Below, piece by piece: positions 41,871 through 53,588 of a DNA stretch of 64,000 nt. The stretch lies in the IMG/VR virus record IMGVR_UViG_3300020204_000008; one strand, 5' to 3'. Position 1 is the stretch's first letter. Every line of letters starts with the position of its first letter. Origin of the DNA: a virus. The notes under the pieces were generated by a model that saw nothing but the letters and a program-made list of their open reading frames with translations, did not search any database and was not told where the DNA came from. A program made the translations under genes and the position numbers.

Positions 41871-42824
41871 TTAGAATATCGAAGTTCCGACTAGGCTAGT
41901 AGCAAGAAGACGGTCATCGTTATTTACATCAATTATGTAATTGAAAGTTACGCTAGTTCCATAAGATTCAATCGTAGACGAGATGGGAACTCCAACTGAA
42001 TTGACGTTATCATGTAGTACGATTGAGTTAGTAGTACTCAAGTTGGTTCCAGCAAGAAATTTTACTGGTATTGCTGCTGTCTGCACAGCTGGATTAATTA
42101 TGGTTGAAAAAGCAAATGAATCAATCACGTCTGCTAAATAGATCGTAAACTTAGTATTTTGTGCTGGCGGATTTGTTGCATCAAAGTCAATGATCACGTT
42201 AAACTCACTGATGTTTGCGTCAATTGATCCGACGCCATCGTATACTGGAGTCGGATCCGGCGCAGTCGATGCTTTTAGAGTAAGAAATATGTTTTGTCTA
42301 GAAGTATCAGTCAGTGTGATCGTGGCTTCAGCTGGTGTACCGATTGTTCCTGTCCAAAGCAGGTCAGCTTGTACTAATTCCTTAGATTCAATTACGCTAG
42401 AATTAATTGTGACTGGTGCATTAAAATCAACAGTTCCGTTAATTGTTGCAATAGTCGCAACAGTTAGGTCATTTAGAGTAACAATATCAAAACCGGCTGA
42501 GATGTTGGTAATCAAACGATCTACTGTAAGGATGGACTCGTTACTGATGTTTTTAGCGAGAGTAGCAATGATCGTTGGCGTCGGTGAACCCGTCTGGTAG
42601 ATCAGGCCGGTGTCCTGTAAGATGACGGTGTCCGCTTTTAAATAATTGATTGGAGTGTCTGTGCCAATTGACTTATTTGTGACGTCTATTTCAAGATCAT
42701 TTATTAGATCTTCAAGCTCAGCTTGAAGAAGCAAGGTGTTTGCGTTAGTTATAGTAGCAATGTCGGTAACAAAATTAGTCAATAGCATCTGCTGAATGGG
42801 CAGCGAAATCGGCGTAAACGGCAT
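41871..42824 (-). CDS. Virion structural protein, T/I/D-rich
   Basis: 317-aa ORF; ATAAATA at 42845-42851. Confidence 0.55.
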   Translation of the reverse strand: MPFTPISLPIQQMLLTNFVTDIATITNANTLLLQAELEDLINDLEIDVTNKSIGTDTPINYLKADTVILQDTGLIYQTGSPTPTIIATLAKNISNESILTVDRLITNISAGFDIVTLNDLTVATIATINGTVDFNAPVTINSSVIESKELVQADLLWTGTIGTPAEATITLTDTSRQNIFLTLKASTAPDPTPVYDGVGSIDANISEFNVIIDFDATNPPAQNTKFTIYLADVIDSFAFSTIINPAVQTAAIPVKFLAGTNLSTTNSIVLHDNVNSVGVPISSTIESYGTSVTFNYIIDVNNDDRLLATSLVGTSIF

Positions 42825-42853
42825 AATTAATTAATTATTTTAGTTATTTATTA

Positions 42854-45800
42854 TTAGGCAACTGAGTTCTTTATTAAGTTGTTTTTCCTAACATTGAGAC
42901 GATCTTCGATCTCAAGGGAATATTGCACTTTATTTAAAACTCTGATAAAATTTTGTACTGAGTTTTCGTAATTTGTTTCACGATTATCAGTCACAGTCAC
43001 TTTAAGTGAAAAATTGCCAATGTCCTTGAACTTCCAAATAAAGAAAGGAACTGATTTTACTCTAATGACTTCTTCACCAGTCACGACATTAGTTAAAGAC
43101 CAGATAAAATCGTTTTTTCCATCTAGGTTATTAATAACGAAAAAGACTATTCCGTTCTCAGGCACGGCAAAGGTGTCTTTAAATAGCTTGATGTCGTTGA
43201 CATTAAACACGTTTTGATCAATAGTAGTCGGTATGAATCCATATTGTGTGTTATTATCAAAATACCAATAATCGTCTACCCAAAAGTTAGGATTTTGCAT
43301 GTTTCCAGAGAGAACATCACCAGTCTTTGCGAAAACAAAGAGGTTTTCTTCCTCAAACGAGGGATAATTAGCTATTAGATGATTGACTAAGCTTTGCGAA
43401 AACACTTTTTTAGGAGTAAAATAGGTGTATGCATCGCCGGTCACAGTTGCACCAGAATAGCTGATCGTGTGATATAGTTCCTTGCTTAAGAACTTTGCTT
43501 GAGCATGGATGTCAGTTCCGTCAATAACCGCATATCTAAATAGACTTATTCCAGGATGAATGCTTGCATTCATGATGGTACAAAGGTCATCAAGACTAGT
43601 AAATGCAGGTATCACGTATGGAGTAAATAATGAGATCTTAATAGTATCACCAGCAGTAGGAGTAAAGAAGTAGAAACCGGCTTCAAAATCATCAACGTGC
43701 ACAAAGCTATTTAGTCTCATCCAATAGAGTGAGCCTACTTCAATGTCTCTAAAATCCTTTAGTGTGATTGGAGTATCGTTTTCACCAAGGCCCCAATATC
43801 TTTTTTTAGGATGATTCTGTAGAGGATCGGTGTATGCAACATATGCTGCAGTGTCTACATCATAGAGATCAGCATCATAGATGTTTTGGCCCAGTCCGTA
43901 TTGATTTGAGAAAAAGGCTCCCCATTCAGTAAGATTCTTGTATAAGTTTATCTTTATTGCAGAATCCTCGTTATCAAGCACGTTTATTTTTGGATAGTAA
44001 AGCGGTGATGCGCCGAAATCTCTTAACTGTACGTTACTTAAGTTTTTAATTGAGTATTCAAACTTGTCCTCTAGTCTAGAAAAGGCCACTATTTCAGGTC
44101 GCATCTGATCAGAGACTTGGACGAAATTTGAAAAGACGCTCACATTACCGCAAAAGTCATATAGCTCAATCGTGATGCGATACTTGCCAGCAAATGGTAA
44201 AAAATGAGGCAGCTCGTATAGGTCAACTGTGCGTCCCCTGTGTTCAAAGTTATAGGGGTTTGGTCCAGGTTTAGTTATCTTCCAGTTGATCTCATAATAG
44301 TTTCTAAAATCTATATTCTCAAGGGTCCAATATGGGCCTATTCCTGGCGCAATCTCATCCAGATCATCTAATCTTACTCCCCTAACATCATTTAGGGTAA
44401 GCTTATCGATATTTGCACTAAGTACCACTGGTGCTGCTATCACTCGTTGAGGATCGTCACCGTATTCCCAGCTCAGTCGAGCATTCAGGTTTGGAAATCT
44501 CTGATCCCTAATGTTTTCATAGAATTCGGTGATGTAGTCAATCATGCCTGGAATCTCAGGTCGAGAATAACGCTGTTGATTTGAAAACGGATTGGTCTCA
44601 GTATCATTGAATCTGACCACTCCAAAGTCTACACCATTGGGATCTGCTTGTCGATACAGTGGATCTAGTGACCTAAGCACAAGATTGGTGTTTTCTCCTG
44701 GATACACCCCTATCTCTACTGACTCATTAAGCTGATAGTCTCGAATTATGGTAGAATCAGGCCAGTAATTAATAGTTAGTTTTTGAAAATAGATGAATTC
44801 TCCGATCACGTCCTTTATCTTAACGTTAATCGGAAGGATCTCATTCTTTAGTTTTTTCTCAAGCAAGTTTAACTTGTAGAATATCTCGTTTACAGTAAAA
44901 TCAGTAGTCTCCTCTATTAAGGGTATTCCATCATCATCAAACTCACCGGTAACCCGAGTAAACTCGTAAACTAGAGCTAGAAATTCAGTCTTTTTAAATT
45001 GCTTACCCGACTTAAGGTTGCTGTTTCGATCGACTAGGTCCAACGACTGAATCTTACCGTCGTCTAGATAGTCGGTGATATCCACCATTGCTAGTTTGTT
45101 AAAGTATGCTGAGCTCGAATTGATGTTTTGCCAGTATTCCTTTACTTTTAGCAGGTCTCGGTATCCCAACATGTTAACAAAATTAATGAGTCCGCGATAA
45201 GTACCTATGTATGGATAGATCTCTTCCTTAGTGACTAGAAGCTGTTTTCTTGCCTTGTTTAAGGCATCCATGTCGGGAAATGCCTCCTTAATATCGTAGT
45301 TTTTAAGGATATTCGCGTCCTCCCGTAAGAACCTGATTCCAAAGTTTTGGGCCCATACTCTAAACCTGTCCTCCTCTTCAATCCCTTCACCATACACGTC
45401 AAGCATGGCGATGGTGGTCTCAGTTGACCCATCGACAAGTTTGATTAAGAGTCGTCTTTCGTATGCGATCTCAGTGGTTGGACTAAATGCGATGTTTACT
45501 TGTAAAGGTAATTTTATGTCTAACGGAGCTGGGCTATTTGAAAGATCAGAATGGGAAAAAGTTACTAAGTCTGTCTTATTAATGAAATTTTCAAGTAGAG
45601 TGGTGTCTCGGACAACGTCATAGAAAAATACTTCATCGCTGTTCTTAGCGTCCTCCCAAACAAACTTTAGGGATTCTCCTTGAGCAAGGGTAGGAAACTT
45701 ATAGTTATTTGCGGAGATCTTTTCAAGCAAAAATAGGTTTTCGTTATCGAAAAGATACACTGAGATGTTTTTAAAGAATATCCTACCTTTCCATACTGAA

Positions 45801-45871
45801 TCAGTATTATCATGTAGAAAGTTTAAGTTCTTTCCAAACTTATCGAAAAAGTTTAAATTTTGAACATTCAT
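42854..45871 (-). CDS. Baseplate-associated structural protein with C-terminal PKD/Ig-like segment
   Basis: IYPYIGTYRGLINFVNMLGY (wedge-like) and WKFKDIGNFSLKVTVTD; ATAAATA at 45893-45899. Confidence 0.55.
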   Translation of the reverse strand: MNVQNLNFFDKFGKNLNFLHDNTDSVWKGRIFFKNISVYLFDNENLFLLEKISANNYKFPTLAQGESLKFVWEDAKNSDEVFFYDVVRDTTLLENFINKTDLVTFSHSDLSNSPAPLDIKLPLQVNIAFSPTTEIAYERRLLIKLVDGSTETTIAMLDVYGEGIEEEDRFRVWAQNFGIRFLREDANILKNYDIKEAFPDMDALNKARKQLLVTKEEIYPYIGTYRGLINFVNMLGYRDLLKVKEYWQNINSSSAYFNKLAMVDITDYLDDGKIQSLDLVDRNSNLKSGKQFKKTEFLALVYEFTRVTGEFDDDGIPLIEETTDFTVNEIFYKLNLLEKKLKNEILPINVKIKDVIGEFIYFQKLTINYWPDSTIIRDYQLNESVEIGVYPGENTNLVLRSLDPLYRQADPNGVDFGVVRFNDTETNPFSNQQRYSRPEIPGMIDYITEFYENIRDQRFPNLNARLSWEYGDDPQRVIAAPVVLSANIDKLTLNDVRGVRLDDLDEIAPGIGPYWTLENIDFRNYYEINWKITKPGPNPYNFEHRGRTVDLYELPHFLPFAGKYRITIELYDFCGNVSVFSNFVQVSDQMRPEIVAFSRLEDKFEYSIKNLSNVQLRDFGASPLYYPKINVLDNEDSAIKINLYKNLTEWGAFFSNQYGLGQNIYDADLYDVDTAAYVAYTDPLQNHPKKRYWGLGENDTPITLKDFRDIEVGSLYWMRLNSFVHVDDFEAGFYFFTPTAGDTIKISLFTPYVIPAFTSLDDLCTIMNASIHPGISLFRYAVIDGTDIHAQAKFLSKELYHTISYSGATVTGDAYTYFTPKKVFSQSLVNHLIANYPSFEEENLFVFAKTGDVLSGNMQNPNFWVDDYWYFDNNTQYGFIPTTIDQNVFNVNDIKLFKDTFAVPENGIVFFVINNLDGKNDFIWSLTNVVTGEEVIRVKSVPFFIWKFKDIGNFSLKVTVTDNRETNYENSVQNFIRVLNKVQYSLEIEDRLNVRKNNLIKNSVA

Positions 45872-45892
45872 TAGGACCGGATGACTTTAGGT

Positions 45893-45899
45893 TATTTAT
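45893..45899 (-). promoter_or_regulatory. gp55-type late promoter heading the large structural operon
   Basis: ATAAATA 21 nt upstream of the ATG at 45871. Confidence 0.6.
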
Positions 45900-45913
45900 T
45901 AGATTGGATAACT

Positions 45914-46312
45914 TTATATGCTATATACTGAATTTTCTCCGCTAGTACTTATTGAGATGAATTCTAGAGTATCGTCTGCGTCAAGCCCAGTCTTTTTGTG
46001 GATCTTTTTCCACTCTTTAGCATAACCGTTTTTGCAGATCTGGGTAAAATAAGCGAAAGCGTTTGGAGAGATCATCTTGGTCTCATCAAAGCTCTTCCAA
46101 TACTTTAAGCAGTCTAGGATAGCTGACTGGATGCAGTCTTCCCGATCTCGATAATCCTTAAAGTAAAGTCGATCCGCTGCTCGGTTTGCAAGAGAGATAA
46201 AACAGTCTACTGAAAATTTTGAGAGCTCACCCGTCTTTTTACACTCAATGATGTCTGCTGTGAATTCTCTATTATTGATATAATGGGTGTCCCCTTTCTT
46301 TTTTCTAGCCAT
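45914..46312 (-). CDS. gp55: Late-transcription sigma factor (T4 gp55-like)
   Basis: HYINNREF, DREDCIQSAILDCLKYWKSFD, NAFAYFTQICKN are hallmark gp55-family motifs. Confidence 0.85.
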   Translation of the reverse strand: MARKKKGDTHYINNREFTADIIECKKTGELSKFSVDCFISLANRAADRLYFKDYRDREDCIQSAILDCLKYWKSFDETKMISPNAFAYFTQICKNGYAKEWKKIHKKTGLDADDTLEFISISTSGENSVYSI

Positions 46313-46322
46313 TTATGCTTGA

Positions 46323-46982
46323 TTATTTTGAAAGCTGATAGATCTTTACTATTCCTAGCACAGAGTCTACCATGTCAATTACGGGAGAGAGTATTTTGTC
46401 TCCCTGGACTATCCATTTCTCAGTATTTACTGCTTGATACAAGTCAGAGCTCTTTATTGATTCTATTTGGGGCTCGCTCTTAAATTGATTAAATACGTCC
46501 ATTTTATTAGAGTTACCCTTGCAGCCAATAGCGTTTTTAAGCTCGCTAGGACTAAAGATAAAGAGTCGGTCTGCGCTGTTTTTTAGCACCCGAGTTAAGA
46601 GTTCATGTTTTAAGATTCCTGTTGATTGTGAGATATCGACTAGTGAGTTTCCTTTTGATCCAAATGAGATTCCTTCGATTGCAACGATGACTTCATCGTC
46701 GCCTACTTCAAGTAAAAGTTCAGTAATGATTTTAGAGATTAGTTCTTGATAATTTATCAGTTTTACACGTTCTGTTATGTGATACTCTGGATGAGTCTTT
46801 CTGACCGTGTCAGTCTTTTCAATTTTTATGTTAGGGTAGTTCCTTACAAGATAGTCTAGGTTTTCTTGATCCGCTTTTCTGATCTTGGTGTTTACTACCG
46901 AGAGCCACTTAAACTCTTTAAAATCCTTACAAATACAAATACCCGGATAGAGTATTGAAAAATCGATACTGACAATGGTCAT
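46323..46982 (-). CDS. RuvC-like Holliday junction resolvase
   Basis: IVSIDFS (D1), AIEGISFGS (E2), PSELK...KGNSNK, DMVDS (D3/D4). Confidence 0.75.
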   Translation of the reverse strand: MTIVSIDFSILYPGICICKDFKEFKWLSVVNTKIRKADQENLDYLVRNYPNIKIEKTDTVRKTHPEYHITERVKLINYQELISKIITELLLEVGDDEVIVAIEGISFGSKGNSLVDISQSTGILKHELLTRVLKNSADRLFIFSPSELKNAIGCKGNSNKMDVFNQFKSEPQIESIKSSDLYQAVNTEKWIVQGDKILSPVIDMVDSVLGIVKIYQLSK

Positions 46983-47013
46983 TCATGACTGATAATTTTT
47001 AAAACCTGATAGT

Positions 47014-47040
47014 ATTGTACTTAGGATCCTTTAAGAGTTT
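47014..47040 (-). promoter_or_regulatory. ECF-type promoter upstream of the RuvC-like and gp55 genes
   Basis: AAAC-N16-GTACAAT. Confidence 0.55.
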
Positions 47041-47062
47041 TTACCTGCTAGATAATATTTAT

Positions 47063-47230
47063 CTAGAATTCAAAACCAAAATTAAGTAACATGATTCGAA
47101 ATTTTCGACCCTCTATCTTAAAAGATAAATTAAGTTCTAATTCAAATACAGTTATCTTACCTAATCGTACAGTTATGTTATACTTTCTCTTTTTATTACC
47201 ACTCTTCCAAGAATTTATCCAATTAACCAT
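47063..47230 (-). CDS. Small basic protein, 55 aa (MVNWINSWKSGNKKRKYNITVRLGKITVFELELNLSFKIEGRKFRIMLLNFGFEF), below the ORF-track cutoff
   Basis: Translated by hand; A-rich leader and ATAAATA at 47258-47264. Confidence 0.65.
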   Translation of the reverse strand: MVNWINSWKSGNKKRKYNITVRLGKITVFELELNLSFKIEGRKFRIMLLNFGFEF

Positions 47231-47270
47231 CTTAATTTATTATTTTCTATTTTTTTTTATTTATTCAATA

Positions 47271-47298
47271 AAACCCATTAGCTTTACGCAAGTATAAT
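47271..47298 (+). promoter_or_regulatory. ECF-type promoter upstream of uvsE
   Basis: AAAC-N17-GTATAAT. Confidence 0.55.
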
Positions 47299-47313
47299 AG
47301 GGATGGTGGGTGG

Positions 47314-47395
47314 GAGTACTTTATAGTACTATCATAGTAAATATTACTTCTATTCTTACTTACTTAATTACTATAAAGATACTTTAGTAGTACTC
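47314..47395. repeat. Imperfect inverted repeat with AGTACT palindromes at the strand switch
   Basis: CTTTATAGTA (47319-47328) pairs with TACTATAAAG (47369-47378); AGTACT occurs three times here and again near 47431. Confidence 0.6.
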
Positions 47396-47444
47396 GCGCA
47401 CGGAAAATTTTTAAAGTAGGAAAAAAAAAGAGTACTATAACCCT

Positions 47445-48392
47445 ATGAGACTAGGATATTGTTGTATAAATCTAAGCCTGAAGGATCAGGGAATTAGTAC
47501 TAATCGAGGTATGATACGTAAGACTTTTGATGAAAAAGGGCTTAACTATGTCAGCGAGCTCATCATACAGAACCTATCGGACTTGATCACAATACTTAAT
47601 TGGAATTGGTCAAATGGGATTTTTGTGTATCGTATGTCAAGCGATCTCTTTCCATGGATGAGCGAGTATCAACTTGAAGAACTTCCTAAGTATGACGTGA
47701 TCAGCAAGCTTGCAGCGGTCGTTGGCGAAACTGTCTCCATTGCAGGCATGCGGATCTCCTTTCATCCAGGACAGTTTGATGTGTTGGCTTCACCGAATCC
47801 AAACGTGGTCGACAAGACCATCTATGACTTGGATCAGCACGCTCGTATCATGGATCTTATGGGTTTACCTCAAGACCATCGAGCTCCGATCAATATTCAC
47901 GTCGGCGGTTCGTATGGTGACAAGGTGACTGCAATGGAACGTTTTTGTGAAAACTTCAAAAGCCTTGCCCCCTCTACTCAAGCTAGGTTAGTGGTCGAAA
48001 ACGACGATAAGGCTAGTCAGTTCTCAGTAAAAGACCTTTATTATGGCGTCTATCGAGTTGTGGGGTGCCCAATCACCTTCGATCACCTACACCACCGTTT
48101 CTGTACAGGCGATCTTACAGCAAGCGAGGCCGCTCATTTAGCCGCCTCTACATGGCAAGGCTTCGTTCCAGTACAACACTATTCAAGTTCCAAAGCCTTA
48201 TATGAGGACTCTACTGTGATCAATCGTTCCCATGCGGACTACGTATACGAGACTATTCCAGACTATGGCTTTGAAGTAGACGTCGAAGTTGAGGCTAAAG
48301 CCAAAGACTTAGCTGTGTTACGTTACCTTGCTGGAGAAGGAATAGTAGAGGAAGAACTTAAATTTCAATTTGAAGAAAATAAAAAAACCTAA
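47445..48392 (+). CDS. uvsE: UV DNA damage endonuclease (UvsE/UVDE)
   Basis: MRLGYCCIN, YRMSSDLFPW, SFHPGQF, INIHVGG, LVVENDDK, FDHLHH, HADY, EAKAKD. Confidence 0.95.
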   Translation: MRLGYCCINLSLKDQGISTNRGMIRKTFDEKGLNYVSELIIQNLSDLITILNWNWSNGIFVYRMSSDLFPWMSEYQLEELPKYDVISKLAAVVGETVSIAGMRISFHPGQFDVLASPNPNVVDKTIYDLDQHARIMDLMGLPQDHRAPINIHVGGSYGDKVTAMERFCENFKSLAPSTQARLVVENDDKASQFSVKDLYYGVYRVVGCPITFDHLHHRFCTGDLTASEAAHLAASTWQGFVPVQHYSSSKALYEDSTVINRSHADYVYETIPDYGFEVDVEVEAKAKDLAVLRYLAGEGIVEEELKFQFEENKKT

Positions 48393-48427
48393 TTTTTATT
48401 TTTAGTTATAATAAAAAAAAACATAAA

Positions 48428-48736
48428 ATGAAAATAATCATACTGGTAGCCTTAATTTTTACTTCTTGTGGAATTAATAAATCGATAACTTGTAAACAAG
48501 ATAGTTTTGTTTTAATTAAGTGGAAAAAAGCAAATAGCACGTTTGACGTCTACTTAGAAGACTCTCTAGTCGTACAGAATATACCTTGTGACGGAACAAA
48601 TAACTTATATTTACATAATTATTCTGAAGGAGAATATCTTTTCATCTTTAAAAAAGACGGGAGAGTCAACGAAAAACGAATAATTAATATTTCTTCACAG
48701 ATTGACGATGAAACGAGTAGTTTGCATAAACGATAA
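48428..48736 (+). CDS. Small lipoprotein
   Basis: MKIIILVALIFTSC lipobox; Ig-like C-terminus. Confidence 0.6.
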   Translation: MKIIILVALIFTSCGINKSITCKQDSFVLIKWKKANSTFDVYLEDSLVVQNIPCDGTNNLYLHNYSEGEYLFIFKKDGRVNEKRIINISSQIDDETSSLHKR

Positions 48737-48956
48737 GAACCAGCCCGAGGGAGCCTGTGTAGTTGAAGGAGCCGAATACCTCGTGGAAAAAGAGTACCAT
48801 AATGCTCTAGACCAAAGGGTTTATATCATTAGCGGAATCAACAACGAGGGTATCACTAAGATGGGTATGCGGTGGATCGGATATGATTCATCCAGGTTTA
48901 GAGTAACAGAAGACTCTAAATCAACTAAGAAAGAATATGAATTTGCATTAAATTAA
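48708..48956 (+). CDS. Hypothetical protein
   Basis: Likely start MKRVVCIND; SH3-like VVEGAEYLV segment. Confidence 0.55.
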   Translation: MKRVVCINDKNQPEGACVVEGAEYLVEKEYHNALDQRVYIISGINNEGITKMGMRWIGYDSSRFRVTEDSKSTKKEYEFALN

Positions 48957-48959
48957 AAA

Positions 48960-49469
48960 ATGGGAACCAATTATTACAGAATACCAAAGGTCGCTGAGAT
49001 GGAGGCTAAAAAAGAAAAGCTTGCTCAGCGATTACAAGAACTAGACATGAGTCTAGGAACGATTGAGAGAGGCTTTTGCACTTTAGAAAATAGTGAATCT
49101 TCCTGGAGCCATCACTCACCGTGGTCAGAGTTTTTAGAGGACACAAGCATTCACTTAGGTAAAAGAAGCATGGGTTGGAAGTTCTGTTGGAACTTTCACA
49201 ATAAGAAATACTATGGAAACAGGGACGAACTATTAGATTTTATTCGTACCGGTCGAGTCGTAGACGAATACGGAACGGAACAAAAAGTTGAAGAATTCAT
49301 TAAGATGGCTCTTGAATGGGGCCAACCTGATGGATTCATCAATGGTCCTGAATACATCAAACACATGAAAAAAGAAGGTTACTATCGAGACTATGGATAT
49401 GATGTCACAAAACATTTTGACCAGCTCATCGATGGGCTTAGAGTATCGTCCTCAACTGAATTTAGCTAA
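48960..49469 (+). CDS. Phage hypothetical protein
   Basis: MGTNYY...IHLGKRSMGWKF...VVDEYG, a motif set familiar from phage hypothetical proteins. Confidence 0.7.
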   Translation: MGTNYYRIPKVAEMEAKKEKLAQRLQELDMSLGTIERGFCTLENSESSWSHHSPWSEFLEDTSIHLGKRSMGWKFCWNFHNKKYYGNRDELLDFIRTGRVVDEYGTEQKVEEFIKMALEWGQPDGFINGPEYIKHMKKEGYYRDYGYDVTKHFDQLIDGLRVSSSTEFS

Positions 49470-49470
49470 G

Positions 49471-49620
49471 ATGGCACACATTAGTTTTTTAGCATATAAG
49501 TTAGCATCAATCACTGATTATCAGATCACATCGCTTAAACCAACTTCTGTTGACCTTGATCAAGCCCAAAGGATGTTTGATTTACATGTCGATAAAAATT
49601 ACAAAGAAAATGGAAATTAA
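49471..49620 (+). CDS. Possible 49-aa hypothetical protein
   Basis: ATG directly after the upstream stop; fills the gap to the next gene. Confidence 0.35.
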   Translation: MAHISFLAYKLASITDYQITSLKPTSVDLDQAQRMFDLHVDKNYKENGN

Positions 49621-50218
49621 GTTTACCGACGGTTTTTTTGACTTAGTACAAAAGATAATTAATCGTCAACTATGGTACTGGAAATTATTGGACTTTTTTC
49701 GATATGACCTAGTACAAGGAATCAAGAATATCTTTTTTTTCTGGAATGTGATCTGGAGATATCGATCTTGGGATTCCAGTTTTCAGATGAGGCTCTTAGC
49801 TAAATCACTAGAGCCTTTAGCTCATACATTAGAACACCACGGTAACGAAGTAGACGGGCCTAGAATGAAAAAAGTAGCCGCGATTAAGAGGGCAATCGAG
49901 ATACTTAATAGGCAATCAAACGATGATTATCTTGAATTGGCTGAAAAGGAATTAGGGTATAAAGTAAACCTAAATTATGGTATTACTGGTGATGGTGAAC
50001 CCAAAGTCATCACTGAGAAAAACCGTAAGCTCTTTGATCTTTCTCATGAATTAGAAGATAAAGAATGGAAGGAACTTTGGAAGATATTTGAAGGCCAAGA
50101 ACACACTCACTATATCATGCTCCTAGATAAAGCAAAATCCGAAAATAGTAGCACTGGGTCAGAGGACATTTGGAATCAGTGGTTTAACGGAAGCGGCATG
50201 AAACACTGGTGGGATTAA
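49610..50218 (+). CDS. Hypothetical protein, Trp-rich
   Basis: Likely start MEIKFTDGFF after an A-rich leader; ends GMKHWWD. Confidence 0.65.
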   Translation: MEIKFTDGFFDLVQKIINRQLWYWKLLDFFRYDLVQGIKNIFFFWNVIWRYRSWDSSFQMRLLAKSLEPLAHTLEHHGNEVDGPRMKKVAAIKRAIEILNRQSNDDYLELAEKELGYKVNLNYGITGDGEPKVITEKNRKLFDLSHELEDKEWKELWKIFEGQEHTHYIMLLDKAKSENSSTGSEDIWNQWFNGSGMKHWWD

Positions 50219-50232
50219 AAAAATAGAAGATA

Positions 50233-50352
50233 GTGAAAACATTAGGTATCATTTCTGCGGCATGCATAATTACTTTCTTAGTAATCGTTCTAATAATTGA
50301 AATAGTTAGAAAGATCTACGATGAGGCAGACGACTTGGATAATAATCAGTAA
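50233..50352 (+). CDS. 39-aa single-pass membrane microprotein (MKTLGIISAACIITFLVIVLIIEIVRKIYDEADDLDNNQ)
   Basis: Translated by hand; GTG start, one hydrophobic helix, fills the intergenic gap. Confidence 0.5.
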   Translation: MKTLGIISAACIITFLVIVLIIEIVRKIYDEADDLDNNQ

Positions 50353-50363
50353 AAATAAAAACA

Positions 50364-51098
50364 ATGTATACACCAACTGACTTAACAAAAATCGTGTTCT
50401 TTGATTTGGAAACAGCATCCGAATACGAATCCCTAGATCAATTAGCCTTTAATAAACCTAAGATGGCTGAATTATGGTCTAAAAGATGTGAGTATCTTCG
50501 CTCTAGATTTGAAGAAAATAAAGACATGACAGACGAGGAGCTATATCAAGCAAAAGCTGCCTTGACTCCAGAGTTTGCCAGAATAGTATGTGCTACATTC
50601 GGTAGAGTCACTTTTATTGGAGAGGATCCTAACGTGATCGTCAAGAGTTATTGTTCTCAACAAGAAGATGAGGTTTTAGACGGAATCCAAAAAGTGTTTG
50701 ACAAGTTTGCCTCTCTTAAGTTTTCAGGCCATAACATTAAGCGTTTTGATATTCCAATGATGTGCAAAAGACTCTTGATTCATGGGCGATCCTTACCTAA
50801 AGGATTACAGATTCAAAACCTAAAACCTTGGGAGATGCCATTTATCGATACTTCTGAACTATGGAGCTTTGGTGCTTGGCAGGAAGGATTTGTTTCTCTT
50901 GAGCTATTAGTAACTGCAATCGGTCTTGAGACACCTAAGGGAGACATTAAAAGCGAAGAGGTGAGCCGATTTTTTTGGCAAGATGAGGATACTCAACGTA
51001 TTGCTGAATACTGTCAGCGAGATGTTTTTGCTGGAATTCAAGCTCTCTTAAAACTTTCAGGACTTACCGTAGTAGAAGAATTTGAGGCACAGCCATAA
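50364..51098 (+). CDS. 3'-5' exonuclease, DnaQ/PolB-exonuclease-like
   Basis: FFDLET (ExoI), GHNIKRFDIP (ExoII), YCQRDV (ExoIII). Confidence 0.85.
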   Translation: MYTPTDLTKIVFFDLETASEYESLDQLAFNKPKMAELWSKRCEYLRSRFEENKDMTDEELYQAKAALTPEFARIVCATFGRVTFIGEDPNVIVKSYCSQQEDEVLDGIQKVFDKFASLKFSGHNIKRFDIPMMCKRLLIHGRSLPKGLQIQNLKPWEMPFIDTSELWSFGAWQEGFVSLELLVTAIGLETPKGDIKSEEVSRFFWQDEDTQRIAEYCQRDVFAGIQALLKLSGLTVVEEFEAQP

Positions 51099-51099
51099 A

Positions 51100-53483
<2,384 letters not shown>

Positions 53484-53504
53484 GACTGACCAAGATTAAA
53501 AGTG

Positions 53505-53532
53505 AAAAGAGATAGGAAACTATCTCTTTTTT
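53505..53532 (+). terminator. Intrinsic terminator after groEL
   Basis: AAAAGAGATAG-GAAA-CTATCTCTTTT hairpin followed by a T tract. Confidence 0.85.
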
Positions 53533-53543
53533 ATTTTTATAAA

Positions 53544-53570
53544 AAACTTTATTCTTTAAATTTGTATAAA
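53544..53570 (+). promoter_or_regulatory. ECF-type promoter upstream of the S1-like gene
   Basis: AAAC-N16-GTATAAA, directly after the groEL terminator. Confidence 0.55.
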
Positions 53571-53588
53571 TTATAAATTAATCTAAAA

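Noticed and set aside
46323-46982. RuvC fold as a TnpB/Cas12 or transposase
   Set aside because: Only 219 aa, no zinc finger or terminal repeats, and the context fits a phage resolvase.
47091-47297. 68-aa plus-strand ORF in the track
   Set aside because: It is the antisense shadow of a better 55-aa minus-strand gene (47063-47230) that has a late promoter and A-rich leader.
53557-53564. TAAATTTG matching the Bacteroidota housekeeping -7 box (TAnnTTTG)
   Set aside because: It is a single instance with no clear -33 TTTG, and the site is explained as well by the recurrent AAAC-N16-GTATAA motif.
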